DNA from: Felis catus
Taxonomy: Eukaryota
Length of the DNA: 64,000 nucleotides
Reading direction: 5' to 3'
Assembly: GCF_018350175.1 (NCBI RefSeq)
Contig: NC_058380.1
Span: 91,512,001 to 91,576,000, forward strand
In this document: piece by piece, positions 1 through 12,400 of the stretch
Layout: every line of letters starts with the position of its first letter
Position numbering within the stretch: position 1 is the first letter of the stretch
The notes under the pieces: generated by a model
Told to the model about the DNA's origin: nothing
Seen by the model: the letters and a program-made list of their open reading frames with translations, nothing else
The model's database searches: none
Position numbers and translations under genes: made by a program

Positions 1-470
1 TGGCGTCCAGTCCTGGGCATGCGTGAGGGGCCAGATCAGCAGAGCCACTCCCTGCCCAAGGCCACAAAGGGAAGGTGAGTCACCTGTCCCCGTGCCAAGA
101 CTGTCCCTGGCCAGCACGACCCCAGTCTCTGCCCAGGTCCGGCCTGTCTAGCACTGGCACAGGCCAAGGCTGGGGTCCCGCGCTCTGGCTGCAGCCTGAG
201 AACCCGGGGCCCCAAGCCAGGCTGATTGGGGAGCAGCCAGTTAGCTGCCCCACACACTGTCCCCGGACTGTCACTGTGGCAACCAGCATGGTGACAATGA
301 CTGTTGATCATGTCATACCACCCCAGGGGTGTGGTCACCCCATGGTCACCGAATGCCACACCACAATCATTGCACAGTCCCTGTCCCCATCCCCACATCC
401 CTGTGTCCCTGTCCCCGTGTCCCCATCCCCATGCCCTGTCCTTGTCCCGTGCCCCGCTCCTTGTGGTCCT
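1..470 (-). repeat. Inverted duplicate of DPP7 upstream region (copy of 22721-23190); continues beyond the window start
   Basis: Reverse complement aligns without gaps to 22721-23190 (x maps to 23191-x). About 8 substitutions by eye, at 5, 49, 158, 267, 313, 420, 434 and 448. Mirror ORFs 75..680(+) and 22142..23116(-) share their N-terminal sequence. Confidence 0.95.
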
Positions 471-1759
471 CGTGGCCTAGCCCTCCAGCCCCCCAGTGCC
501 CACCACCTACCCCCACCCACCCCCCACGCACAGCCTGCACCCCTAAAACTGAATTCTCTCAATCTCCCTTGGAGGCCTTGGCTCCTCGGCCAGGGCTACG
601 GTTGGTTCAGGCTGCTGAATTTTAGGTCTTTTCCCCAACAACCAGTGGGACCAACTCCAGTGGCCGCACGTGGTGGCTAATTGGTCTGAAATATAAGCAG
701 GCGGGGAGCACCGTCCCCAACCAGCTTGCCAGTAGCTTCTGACAGATCTTGGTGCTCACGGACCTCCCGCGCTCTCTGGAGGGAGACACAGACTCCACGT
801 ACGGGGCCACGGTCCCCACGCTGCACCCCTGCGGCCCCACCGAGGCTGGGGAAGACCCGCTGGCCCCGGCCCCTAGCCCTGCTGCTCCGGGCCCCGGTGC
901 CTGCTGCTCTCCCCTCCGGAAAGCAGCACGGGGCACCTCCCCGCCCGCTGACGCGAAGGGCGGCGTGGAATGCAGCCTGCCGCTCCGCCAGGCCGCCTGC
1001 TCCCACGCCCTCACGCTGCGGCGACACCCCCACGGAAGCCGGTTTCCCCAGGGCAAGGATGTCACCAGGGCGGTGGGTTCAGAGCCCGCTGACTCCTCCA
1101 GTGGCTTGTAGTGGACTAGCGGAGGGTGGACGTGTGTCCCCGGTGTGTCCCCGCACCCGGACCTGGGCGTGGCGGCGGGGTCGGGGCCAGGCCCAAAGCC
1201 CAGAGGAGGACTCTGCTCCCACCCGCGCTGTGCCAGCCCTTCGCAGACCTCAGAACCGAACCGCGTGCCTTCCGACGCTTCTCCCAGCTGCTCCGCTGGC
1301 AAGCAGAGGGCCCGGGACAGAGGAGGGCCAGCCAAGGCGGGGGCCCAGGTCCGGGGTCCTGCCCACAGCTGCTGCTCCTCACTGCCACAGCCCAACGACC
1401 GGGCAGCCTCTTTCCTACACCAGCTGGGGAAGCTACTGAAACGGCCTGTTTTTAAAGACCCCGTTTATTGTAAAAGAATTACAGCCGCGCGTAAAGTTTC
1501 AAACACGGCCCAGAGATCGGGGGCACAAGAGCCTTCGGAAAGGCTTTTCCACAGGATTGAAGCACGTCCCCAAACCAGGAACACGGGTGGAGCCCTAGGT
1601 CACTGCTCACAGGTGCGCGCTGCTGTGCACACTGCACTCAAGAGGCAGGACGGGCCCCTCAGCACAAAACTGTCCCTCCCCAGACCACCGATAAGGAAGC
1701 CACGGACTTCTGAGAGGCTGCCAAACTCTTTGATTTCCCGCAGAACGTGGCGGATTCCC

Positions 1760-1765
1760 AATAAA
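1760..1765 (+). terminator. Duplicated copy of the putative UAP1L1 poly(A) signal AATAAA (no UAP1L1 CDS upstream here)
   Basis: Mirror of 41965-41970; lies in the UAP1L1 3' region carried by the left arm. Confidence 0.5.
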
Positions 1766-2249
1766 CGCAAGATGCCGTGATTGATCCCTGGCCTGGCGAG
1801 CGCAGTTTCTGACCGGCACGGGTGCTGGGAACGGCAACCAGGGGTTCCCAGCTCCGTGCATCCAAGAGAGCAAGAGTCCACACGCTGAGCCCGCACCTGC
1901 TCTGGGCGGCCCAGGAGTCCCCTCGAGCTCCCACCCAGCTCTTCGCCAGGGTCTCAGGGAGGCCAGGGACCACCTAGTGAGTCTGACACCCTGGGGCGGA
2001 GGGAGAACCACCCCACCCCGGCTAGGTCTCCCAGGGGTGGGCTCCCGCGCCCTCAGCTGGAGAGCCCGGTGATCCACCCTCCAGATACCACCTTCTCCCT
2101 GCTGTCGGCATGTGCAGGGACGGACGCACGAGGGCACCGCTGGCACTACCGGCAGAGCCCTGTGTGGGGAAAAGACCCGCAGGGGCATCGGGGATGACCC
2201 CCGCTAGGGAAGGGGGGGGGCGGAGAGCAGGAGGCGCTTTCTGGGGCAG

Positions 2250-3450
2250 CTTCAGACAAGCCAGGGAGGCGCACACGCCGGGGAGCCCGCCACACACCCC
2301 TAAGTGCGGCGGCCGGGACTGCGGGAGGCGGCGGGCTCACCCGAGGGGGCCGGCAAGGAGCGGGGACGGCCCTCGGCGCTGCGGGGCTCGCTCCGCCCTG
2401 CCGCGTGTCTACTGAGGGGAAACGCGCGCACAACTCGCCGCGGCGGTCGTCCGCGCGCCCCCAAGCCCATCGGCTCCAAAGAGCGGACACCGACAGCCGC
2501 CCCGCCTCGACTCGGGCTCGCACCGGACCCGCTGTCCTCTCGCTGAGCTGCGGCCCCCACTAGCTCTGGGCCGGGAAGTCCGCCCGGGGCCGGGAGTCGA
2601 GCCCCGGAGCGGGGGCGCGGGGCGCCGGACGTCCTGCCAACACCACGGAGCCGGCCGGTCCCGGGGACGCGGCGCTCAGCCGAGTCCCAGGCTCTGCGCC
2701 GGCGGGCTGCGCGCAGGCGCGGGCGGGCAAGCGCCTCACGGCGCAGGTGCGGCCGTGCGCCGACGCGGCGGGACGTAAACACGCACGCAGAGGGCCACGA
2801 GGGCGGGCGCAGGCGCGGTGGGGAATAGGAGGGCGCGGCGCAGGCGCATTGGCCGCGCGCGCGATGGGCGGGGTGTGGACGGCGCTGCGATGGCTGCCCG
2901 CGGGTGTCGGACCAGCGAAGCCCCCGGCGCCTCTCAGAGCCCGGCCTCCTGACGCCGCCAGTGGGCGGGGTCGCCCGGGCCGCCGCCACCGCTGTCATGT
3001 ATCCGCCGCCGCCGCCGGCGCCACATCGGGACTTCATCTCGGTGACGCTGAGCCTTGGCCAGAGCTACGACGGCAGCAAAAGCTGGCGGCGGCGCTCGTG
3101 CTGGAGGGTGAGGGTCGGCGCCGGGCCGGGGTCCCGCGGCCCGCCCGCCGTCCCCTGCCTGGAGCGCGGGCGCTCGTCCGGGCCCGGGGAGCGGCGGTCG
3201 CCGGCCGCAGGCCGTCTTTACAGCCCGCGCTCGGCGGGGCGGGGTCGGGGAGGGGGGAAGCTGTAGGCTGCCCCTCGGTGCGGTGGGTCAGGAGCCCCGC
3301 GGTCTCGGGCTGCAGGGCATCGACACCCCCACGTCGGGGCAGATGCGGGGTCCCGCCGGCTGCCTGAGACGGAACACGCGCGTCGCGCGAGCCTCTCCCC
3401 GCTGCCCCTGCGATAGGACACGTATGGCTTCTGCGTCTGTTGTTTATTTC
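2250..3450 (+). promoter_or_regulatory. CpG-island promoter of MAN1B1 copy 1
   Basis: Very CpG-dense. Three GCGCAGGCGC NRF1-type motifs (2711-2720, 2807-2816, 2838-2847), a reverse CCAAT (ATTGG 2848-2852) and GC boxes precede exon 1. Limits approximate. Confidence 0.75.
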
Positions 3451-6400
3451 CGTTCCCCTATACCGTCTGGAATATCCCCGCGGCTCGTCAGTCTCTGCCG
3501 CCGGGGCGCTTCCCCCGGTTCAGAAACCGGACCTTGGGAGTTACCCACTGTCCTCCCTGAATTTGCAGCGGTCGCACGGGTCCCAGCTGTGTTGTTTTCC
3601 GTCCCGTAGAAATGGAAGCAGCTGTCGAGACTACAGCGCAACGTGATCCTTTTCTTCCTCACGTTTCTCGTGCTCTGCGGGCTCCTGTCCTACATCAGCG
3701 TGGCTGACCAGTGGAGAGGTACCGGCTGCGCGTGTGCCTCATCCCCATGCGTGTGCGTCACCCACTGCGGGTGGCTGGGCAGAAGCGGTCTGGCCGTGCG
3801 CCTTAAGCGCCTGGAGCGTCTGCGAATTGGCGAGAAGCGCAGACGAAAAGGAGCGGAGAGTGTCTTTCGCCACCCTGCTAGAACGTGGCTCGAGTCAATG
3901 TGATGTTGCCCGCCCGCTTCCTGGGTGTCCGGTGTAAGGGCCGGCCTCTCCGTTCTCTGTGCCTCACGGAGACGTTCGGGTCCTGAGGTCGCGTGCCCCG
4001 TCCAGACACGCTCCCTGAACTTCCTCACACGTGTTACCGTGTGTTCCGAGCGGCCCGGGCAGTCTGGGTGAGGGCGTAGGGAACCCCTGTGGGGGAGGAA
4101 AGCTCAGGAGCTGCTGCGGGCGGCTGGAGACAGCTGCACATAGGCCGGGGTCTGCGCTTCCTGGAAGGGAAGCCGCTGAGGGGAGGTCCGTGTGGGCTGG
4201 GCTGCAGGACAGAAGCTGCCAAGTGCTTTGAGGAAGGTTTGGTTACCCTTGGCCGTTCTTGAGTTGGTTTAAAGGACCTTCCCCAGGTCTCACGGTGTCC
4301 TCTCGTGGTGAGGAGCGCCCGCCTAGACGCGTTCCTCCACGCGCTCGCTCGGGCTCTCCTTGGGGCTGTGCGGCACGTTTGGGATAAAACCTGTTCTCTC
4401 GTTTAGCCGTGGATGGCAGGTCAGCAGAAGAGCGGAAGGCGAGACCAGCAGATCCGCCCGTCTTGCCGGCTCCTCAGAAGGCAGATGCTAATCCAGAAAA
4501 CTCGCCGGGGCTTTTACCCCAGGTGTGTTCAGTGAACTACACGTGGGGTTGCGACCGGGGTCGGTCGGTCCCACGGGCGTTTCAGAACCGCGCGTGATGT
4601 TCCACACGGACGGGGGAAGCAGTTCTTTCCCTTGTTGTTTGTCTGATGTTCGCGCCCTGCGCCCCTTATTCTGAGCCAGTAGGATGACGCTTGGGGCAAG
4701 GAGGAGGAATGTTCTTTCCTCCCTTCCCCTTGGATACCTGCTGGGGAGCGAAACAGACCCGCCCCTTGTCTGGAGGAGCGGCAGGCCGGCGGGAGCAGGC
4801 CGGTGGGTGGCCCGTGGTGTCCATCCCGGGAGGAAAATGGCAGTCGCCTCCAGGGATGAGGCTGGGGACGGGACGCTGGACGGCGGTGTGAGACTGGGCC
4901 GCCGCTGGTCCTGGGTGGAGTCGGGAGAGCAGGGCTCGAGTCCAGTGACGTTGCCCGAGGCAGGGGGAGCTGGGCTTGTTCAGGGAGCTGCAGTTTCAGA
5001 GGGCGTGGGCGTGGGCGGGGAAGGGGGCTGGGGTCGGGCCCCACGGGGAGCGGCCAGGAGGCCTCTCTGCAAACCGTCTTACTCGGAGGCTGTGTGTCAA
5101 ACGGCTCCCGTCCTCCCTCGTGGAGCCGACACGCACGTCTCTCGCTCCTCTTGGCCGCTCTCGTGCACCTGGGCTCTCGTGACGGCGATGGGAGCAGAGC
5201 CCGCCTGCACGGTTGCCCGCCGAAAGACACGCTTCCGTTGCTCGGGAGGCCCGTGATCCCGTCTGGGGTGGCGGCCGGGGTCGGTGTGCACGGCTCCCCG
5301 GGTCCGGGCCTCGGGGCGCGGGGCCCCTTGTGGCGGGGCCGCTGGGACCTTTTCTGCTGCTCGGACTGCGGCACTTGTGCCCCAGGCCTGGGTCAGCCCC
5401 GGTGCTTTGTGTGCGGCCAGATCCCATCCTCTTGGCCGCGGGGGTCCCGGCTCCGTGGCACTGGCGTCTTTCCAACGAGGACCCCTTCACGGGTCCTGTG
5501 GGTACTGAGCGGCAGAGATGTGTTCGATCCCCGAGTCGGCCTCCTTGCTGTGTCCTGCGGAGGAGGGGCCTCCTCCTGCCCTCTGCTGACGACGGGCTAC
5601 GCCTGGGCCCCTGCGCTCCGTCCCTGGACCCGGTGCCCTGGCCACCCGGTTCTGAGCACAAAGGGTGGGAGTCCTGGGGCACAGGCCCGGGACAGTGTTC
5701 TTTGCGCCTCCATCCACGGGGACGTGGCCCTGACCCTTTATTGCTACCTTTAGGGCCTGTGACGGCCCGGAACCCTCCCGGGCCAGGATGCCAACCCACT
5801 GCCCAGGGCCGCGCCGGCCCGTTGGCACAGTCTCCGTCCCGGTTGGTCAGGGCCCGGAGATCGTGAGAAAGGATCTTCTGGCCAAATCTGCGTGTTGCCG
5901 TGGGAGCGGGAAGGCATCTCCTCCGGGGGCCGTGCGCCACCAGCCATTCCACGCGGCCCGTGGGGTTGGGTCTGATAGGGAGAGCATCCCAGGTGGAAAC
6001 GGAGTGGCAGCTCCTGGGCCGTTGAACTGTTTTCACGAGTGGCTCTTGTTTCGATCTAGAAGCCTCAGAGGCATTTCCGACGGGGACCGCCCAACCTGCA
6101 GATTAGAGCCCCCGACAAAGACTCCAAGGACCGGAGGCAGGATGACACGAGGCGGAGGGACGAGGTGGTGGGCGACGCTCGTCAGGAAGAGAGCACGCAG
6201 AGGACGGTGGTCAGGTACAGGGAGCGTCAGAGACGAGGCAGCACGGGTCGCTGGATGCGCAGAGGCCGGTCCGTTTGACGTTTCCTGAAAAACGAAGGGG
6301 TAGGATCGGCGCGCTGTCTGAAGCGGCTTCTCCTCCCAGAGCAGACAGTGGAGAGAGCGGGACCCCGGTGGGGGCGGGGCCCTGCCTTCTCCGCGTCGTG

Positions 6401-9400
6401 CCGCATGGAGCGGAGGGCCGCCACGGGCCCAGCCAGGCTGTGACCGCGGGCGTTTGCATCTCTGCCCTCAAGCCGGCTGACTCCTCTTCCTCCTCTCCCT
6501 GAAGCTGGAGGGGTGCGGTGATCGAGCCGGAGCAGGGCACCGAACCCCCTTCGAGAAAGGCAGAGGGCCCCCCCACCAAGCCTTCCTCACAGGCCGCCGG
6601 GATTCAGAACCAACCAGGTAAGGCCCCGCCTGCGCCCCGTCGGGCCTCGCCCGGACATGGTGACGGAGAGGGCGCGTGGACACCCAGCTGGGCACCCGGG
6701 CGGGCCCCAGCTCTCTGTAGAGCCTTGGGGAGGGCACGGGGCTCCACGGCGGCCCGCGGTCCCAGGCCCGTCGCGGCAGCCACAGGCCGCCTGTGCGGGA
6801 ACTGCCCGCGTCCGTGCCAGCGCGGGGCCTGGGGAGAGTGGAGACACGGCCCCGGCTCGGTGGGGTCCTGGGGTCCTGCGTTCTGGCACCGGTAGTGGAG
6901 GGCCCTCGGGGCACTGGCGCTTTGTACGCTCCGTGCGGCCTGTCTGCTTTGGTTCTCGTGGCGGCCTTTGAGGTCATCGGTCTGTCGTAGGCCCGTTCCA
7001 CGGACGGGAGAGCCGAGGTTAGGCCGGCAGCGGCCACGGCCATTTGCCTCCCGGAGCGGGGGCTCGCGCCGGGTCAGCTGAGCCTGGGGCCCAGGCTGTG
7101 ATCCTCCAGTCCTGTCGCTGTTGCCACTGAGGGGAGGAGGAGGAGGAAGGAGCCCGGAGCCGGGACGGGCGGCCCGGGCGTGTGGGGGGAGGCAGAGCGG
7201 TCGCGGGGCTCTGAGGACCGATGTCAAAGCCGCAGATGCCAACACGACTGGGCCTCAGGCCGCACCGAGAGGACACGTGCCGCGAAGCCGCCGACGCCCA
7301 CGTTTCTGTCCGCCTGGGGGCCCTGTCACTCGTGCCTGGTCCTCCGACGTGTGGAGGGGAGAAACCTTCTCGGTCGGCGTCGAGGCCACCCTGGAAGGGC
7401 CCCAGGGCGGCCTTGGGTGTGTCTGCCACACGCTGTTCCCTCCCCGAAAACACCCAGAGCTGCTGAGGCACGCACGACGTGGGCACCTGTGAGATGAGGC
7501 GCTCTCGTGGAGGTCACCGGAGCCCGCCCGCCACGTCTGATGCTCCCCCGGCCGGATTGCACAGCGCGGCTGCCGTGGCGGAGCGGCAGGCACCGGTCTG
7601 CTGCCTCAAACACCTCCGCCCGCTGCGCGTTCCCCGCAGCTCCAGAGGGTCGTGCCCGCCGGGCGTCTGGTGGAGGCGGACGGGCGCAGGCCAGGCGGAT
7701 GAGAGGCCGAGCCGTCGCGTGTGGACCCTGGAGGCCTCGCCACCTTGGCAGCCGCGTCCAGCCGTGCGGCTCCGAGCCCGGCGGCGCCGCGCCCCGACCT
7801 TCGGGGTCGTCCGCTGCCGCCCTGCGGCCCCGGACGGTGTCCCCCCACCCCACTGAGCGCCCCGCGGCTTGGGGCTGCAGAGGGGCGGTGTCTGAACCCT
7901 GGGCGGTTCCGGTCCCCACGACCCGCCGTCTTCCTCCCAGCCTCCCCGAACGAGCGTCAGAGGGCCGTGATAGACGCCTTCCGCCACGCGTGGACCGGCT
8001 ACCGCAAGTTCGCCTGGGGCCACGACGAGCTGAAACCCGTGTCCAGGTCCTTCAGCGAGTGGTTTGGCCTGGGACTTACGCTGATTGACGCCCTGGACAC
8101 CATGTGGATTTTGGGTCTGAAAAAAGGTACCTGCTCGTCCCCGAGCACGCGGCCAAGTTCCCCCGGTGGAACGCCTGGGCGCGCGAGGGAGCGAGCCGTG
8201 CCCTGGAGGGTGTAGACGCCACTGTTTCCGTCTGAGGAGCTCTCCCTTCCCCTGGGTGGCAGGCAGTCGCTTTGTCCCTTGATGGCAGGCGTCCCGGGGA
8301 CGCTCAGGGCAGTCGCCCCCTCGGCTCCCGGCCGAAGGCCTGGGCTGGCGTCCGGGGGCAGTTCCAGCCCGTGCTCCCGTCCTAGCCGGAAAGGGGCTCC
8401 CTGGTGGGAGGCGGCACGTGATCCGATAAGGCCATCGGCGTCCCGGGTCTCTCCATCACACTCTTCTCAGGCCACGTGGACGGGGTGTGGTTGAGGCTAC
8501 GGGTCTTTGGGTACTTCCGAATCGGTCTCTCGGAGTCCGTTTCCGGTGTTCCGTAGAGGCCAGAGGCTCCCCCTGAGTTACTCACGTGGCCCTTTGTGCC
8601 GTGGCCGTTACCCGTCAGCGTTGGTGCTCACGACGGCACGCTGGCTGCCCGTCCTCCGGGTGCAGGGGGCTCCGCGGTGTGTCCCCTTGCCGTGAGAAGT
8701 GATGGCGAGGCCCCTCGGGAGAGAGAGACACGAGGACACACGTGGCCCCAGAGCCAGCGAGCGGTCACGGGGGCGCCGGGACCTGTAACCTACTGCCGCT
8801 CCCACCCCGTCTCCCGTCGCAGAGTTTGAAGAAGCCCGCAAGTGGGTGTCTAAGAAGCTCCGGTTTCAGAAAGACGTGGACGTCAACCTGTTCGAGAGCA
8901 CGATCCGGATCCTGGGCGGCCTTCTGAGCGCCTACCACCTGTCCGGGGACGACCTCTTCCTGAGGAAGGCCGTGAGTGTCCGGGCGCCGGCGGAGGTTCC
9001 GCGGCTCGAGGGGCCCCCGGGGGGTGGGGGCGGGGGTCTGTTCCGGGACTCCCGTCTCCCCGGTCGTCTGGGTCTCGCTCCCGCGCACGTGCGTGGGAAG
9101 GTCCCCGTCACCGTCGCGACCCGTGGGGAAGTGCTCTCGGGGCTCCTCGGTCTCGCCGCTGTTGAGCGCCGAGGCCACGTGAAGCCAGTGAGGTCCCGTG
9201 TCCACTTACGGGGGTGAGCACGGGTGGCGGGGTGGCGGGGGTGGGGCGGGAGGGTGGGCGTCGTGGAACGGAGCCGAGGCTGCCGTGTGACGGGAAACCT
9301 CGGTCCTCGTCGTGTCGCGTCATCAGGAAGACTTTGGGAATCGGCTGCTGCCTGCGTTCCAGACGCCCTCCAGGATCCCATACTCGGACGTGAACATCGG

Positions 9401-12400
9401 CACCGGAGCCGCCCACCCGCCCCGCTGGACCTCGGACAGCACGGTGGCCGAGGTCACGAGCATTCAGCTGGAGTTCCGAGAGCTCTCCCGCCTCACGGGG
9501 AGTAAGAAGTTTCAGGTACGGGGGGCCGGCCTGCCGGCCGGAGGCGTCACACCAAGCGGAGGCGTGCGTGGACTTGACCCCGGGCCGCGGGACCACCGTC
9601 CTGTGTGCTTTCCGGTCCCTCGTTCCTCGCCTTTCCTCAGCTGCGCGGGCGGGAAGGGCGTCGACCGGGGGCTGAGTCCGAGCGCGGGCCCGTGTCCTTG
9701 GGGTCCCAACTGCCCCCTGCCTCGTGCTGTGGTGGCCCTCGGGGGTGGTCCGTGGCGGGAGCGAGGCAGGGGCCCACGGTCGTGGGTTTCGGCCTCGCTA
9801 GCCCGTCGCTGACGGTCCTCGTGGACCTCGCTCCTGACCCTCGCCCCGACCCCGTTGGCCGGGGTCCCTCTCCTCGTGGGTGAGTCTCCAGCACGCGGCG
9901 GACCCTCTGGACTTGGCGCTCTGCCTCGTCACTCTTCCTGAAAAACCTGAGCTGCGATTTGAACGTCAGGAAGTTTTGCCTCTTGGCTTGAACATCGCGC
10001 CACAGTCCCACGTGGGCAGCGGCTGCCACCGTCTGATTCCAGAACCAGGTCCTCGCCTCAGGAAGTAGGCCAGCGCACCCTAGCGCTCCCACCCGGGCCC
10101 CCTGCCTCGGTGGCCGCAAATCCACTGGTCGTGCGTGGCTTTCTCTGTTTGGAATGCTCGGCGTGAGTGAGGTCCTACGTACGGCGTGGGCCGTCTGTGG
10201 CCGGTTCTGTCGCCACGCGTGACGTCTTCGTCCGCGCTGGAAGCGTCCGGGAGAAGCGCACCCGTGTCGTAGCACGTGTCCGAAGCATCCCTTTTCGTGG
10301 CCCGGCGGTCTGCCATCGTGCGGTCGGACCACGTGCCGTCCGGGCTCTCGTGCGTTGAGGAGCAGCTGGGTTGTTTCCCACGCGGGGGTGGTAAGAGCGG
10401 CGCTCCCGGGAGAAGGTTCCAGGCGCACGCGGGGCTCTGGCTTTTCCGCGGCAGCCCGCGCTTGTCCTCCGGTCTTTCTCGGTAGCCTTCGCGGTGGGCA
10501 CGTGAGGGTGCCTCCTCTGGGCCGTGGATTTTGTCCTGATGACGTGTGGCGTTTTCCAAACGCCCACAGGCCCCGTGTTCATCTCCCGGGTGGAGGTGGG
10601 CGTCCGGGTGCCTGTCTGCTTGTCGGCGGATTAGCGGCTTTCCTGTCGTTGGCTCGTGCTCCGGAAGCTCAGCGTCTCTCCGTTTGCTCTGAGACGCCGG
10701 CCGGGCGCCGTTGCGATGCCGGATCCCTGTAGCTGCTGGAGACCCAAGGGAAATTGAAGCCGCCCCTGCCTCAGAGGACTTTGTAAAAGGGGGCGGGCGT
10801 CCGTGGCGGGTGGAGGCCAGGAAGTCACTCCCCAGGCAGGGTCCCGAGCGCCGTGAGCAAACGCGCACAGGGCCATGGAGCACAGATGCGTGGCGCTACC
10901 CGGGAGGAGCTGAGGTTGGTTGGGTCTCGAAGGATGAACAGGATCGGCGGGCGGGTGTGCCGCGACCGCGGGCCCGGAAGCAGACGCGCCTGCCTTCCCT
11001 CCAGCGAGCGGGAGCAGACGGCCATGCCTGGGCAGGAGGTCCCGGGGACCGCGGCTGTGGCCTTCAGACACGGTCCCCTGCCAGGAAGAGGAGCTCAGCC
11101 CCGTGTTCGGGGCCCTCGGCATCTGCCCGCTCATCGAGGCAGCCGCGTGTGAGGGTGGGGACCTGGTTGCCGCGTGGCCGGGGCCACCCTCAGGAGCCCT
11201 TGCCCGGTGCAGCCGGGCAGGGGAGCGCCGTGGGCCGGGACACCGGCCTCTTCCGTCCTCGTCCTCTTCCGTCCTCCGCTGGGAACGGGCCCGCCTGTCA
11301 CGGAGGAGGGGTGAGCCGACGAGGCCCGCCTTCCTCGGCTGGCCCGAGGTCCGGCAGCCCCGTCCCCCTGGCTCACCCGCACTCTCCCCTTGTGTGTGTG
11401 TGTGTGTGTGTCCCAGGAGGCCGCGGAGGAGGTGACGAGGCGTGTGCACTCCCTGTCGGGGAAGAAGGACGGGCTGGTGCCCATGTTCATCAACACGCAC
11501 AGCGGCCTCTTCACTCACATGGGAGTGTTCACTCTGGGCGCCAGGGCCGACAGCTACTACGAGTACCTGTTGAAGCAGTGGATCCAGGGCGGAAAGAAGG
11601 AGACGCAGTGAGGCCTGTTTCTGCTGCCTCGGGGACGGGGTCCCCGAGGCTCCCCTTGTCCCGAGTTCTCGGTCGGGAGGCAGCGGCCGTGCCGGACCCG
11701 GACTCGGCCCCTCCGCGGGGGATGTGTCTCTTCCCGGCACGGCCTTCGTGCCAGAGAGGACGCCTGGCTGGTCACGGAGGTCCCCGGCCCCTCTGCGCCA
11801 GGCAGGGCCTGGGGTCTGGGCCCGGCCGAGGGGCCCCCGGCTCACCGGCCGAGCTCTCGTCCTCGGGGTTGTGGAGGCGGCTCCGCTTGTCCGCTCCCCA
11901 GCAGAAGGTGGCCGGGGGCCCCTGGGCCTCCCCGCGCTGCCGGGTTGACGCTTCAGACGTGCGCTTTCCCAGACGGCAGTGCCTCGGGGAGCCTCGTCGT
12001 GCGGTCGGGAAAACACAGGTCACTCTAGCGAAGGGACTGGAAATCCTTGAAGTCTCACGCCAGGGGGTGACCACGACCCAGGACCGCTGGGGGTGGGCAG
12101 CTCCAGGAGGCCGACCGCTACGGGCAGAGATCAGGGCATCACGCCTGGGGAGCCGGAGTTCCCCACGCCTGAACGTGGGGACGTTGAGAGAACCCTGGTG
12201 GGCACGTGGGGTCCCGGGTGGTCCACGGGGGCCGGCTGAGAGGGACGACCCTGTTCGGGGGAGCGGCGGGCACAGCCCCGTGTGTGCCCCAGGCCGCCGA
12301 CTGCCACGAGCCTGCATCTCCAGGCTGGCGTGGTGCCACCTGGTGCCACCAGGCCTCTAGGCCGCCAGCGTGGGGATGGCAGCTCGTGGCCACGTGCCCG

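Noticed and set aside
2848-2858. ERSE-II-like ER-stress element (ATTGGCCGCG) in the MAN1B1 promoter
   Set aside because: Does not match ATTGG-N-CCACG; more simply a reverse CCAAT box in GC-rich DNA.
4996-6036. 346-aa intronic ORF and the many other 100-400-aa ORFs in MAN1B1, UAP1L1 and SAPCD2 introns
   Set aside because: No recognisable domain. The apparent second copy is only the inverted duplication, not independent conservation.
10711-12360. 549-aa ORF (mirror 31370-33019) and the 461-aa antisense ORF 10631-12016
   Set aside because: Low-complexity G/R/P/A composition, non-ATG starts, crossing a real MAN1B1 exon out of frame or antisense; expected in DNA this GC-rich.
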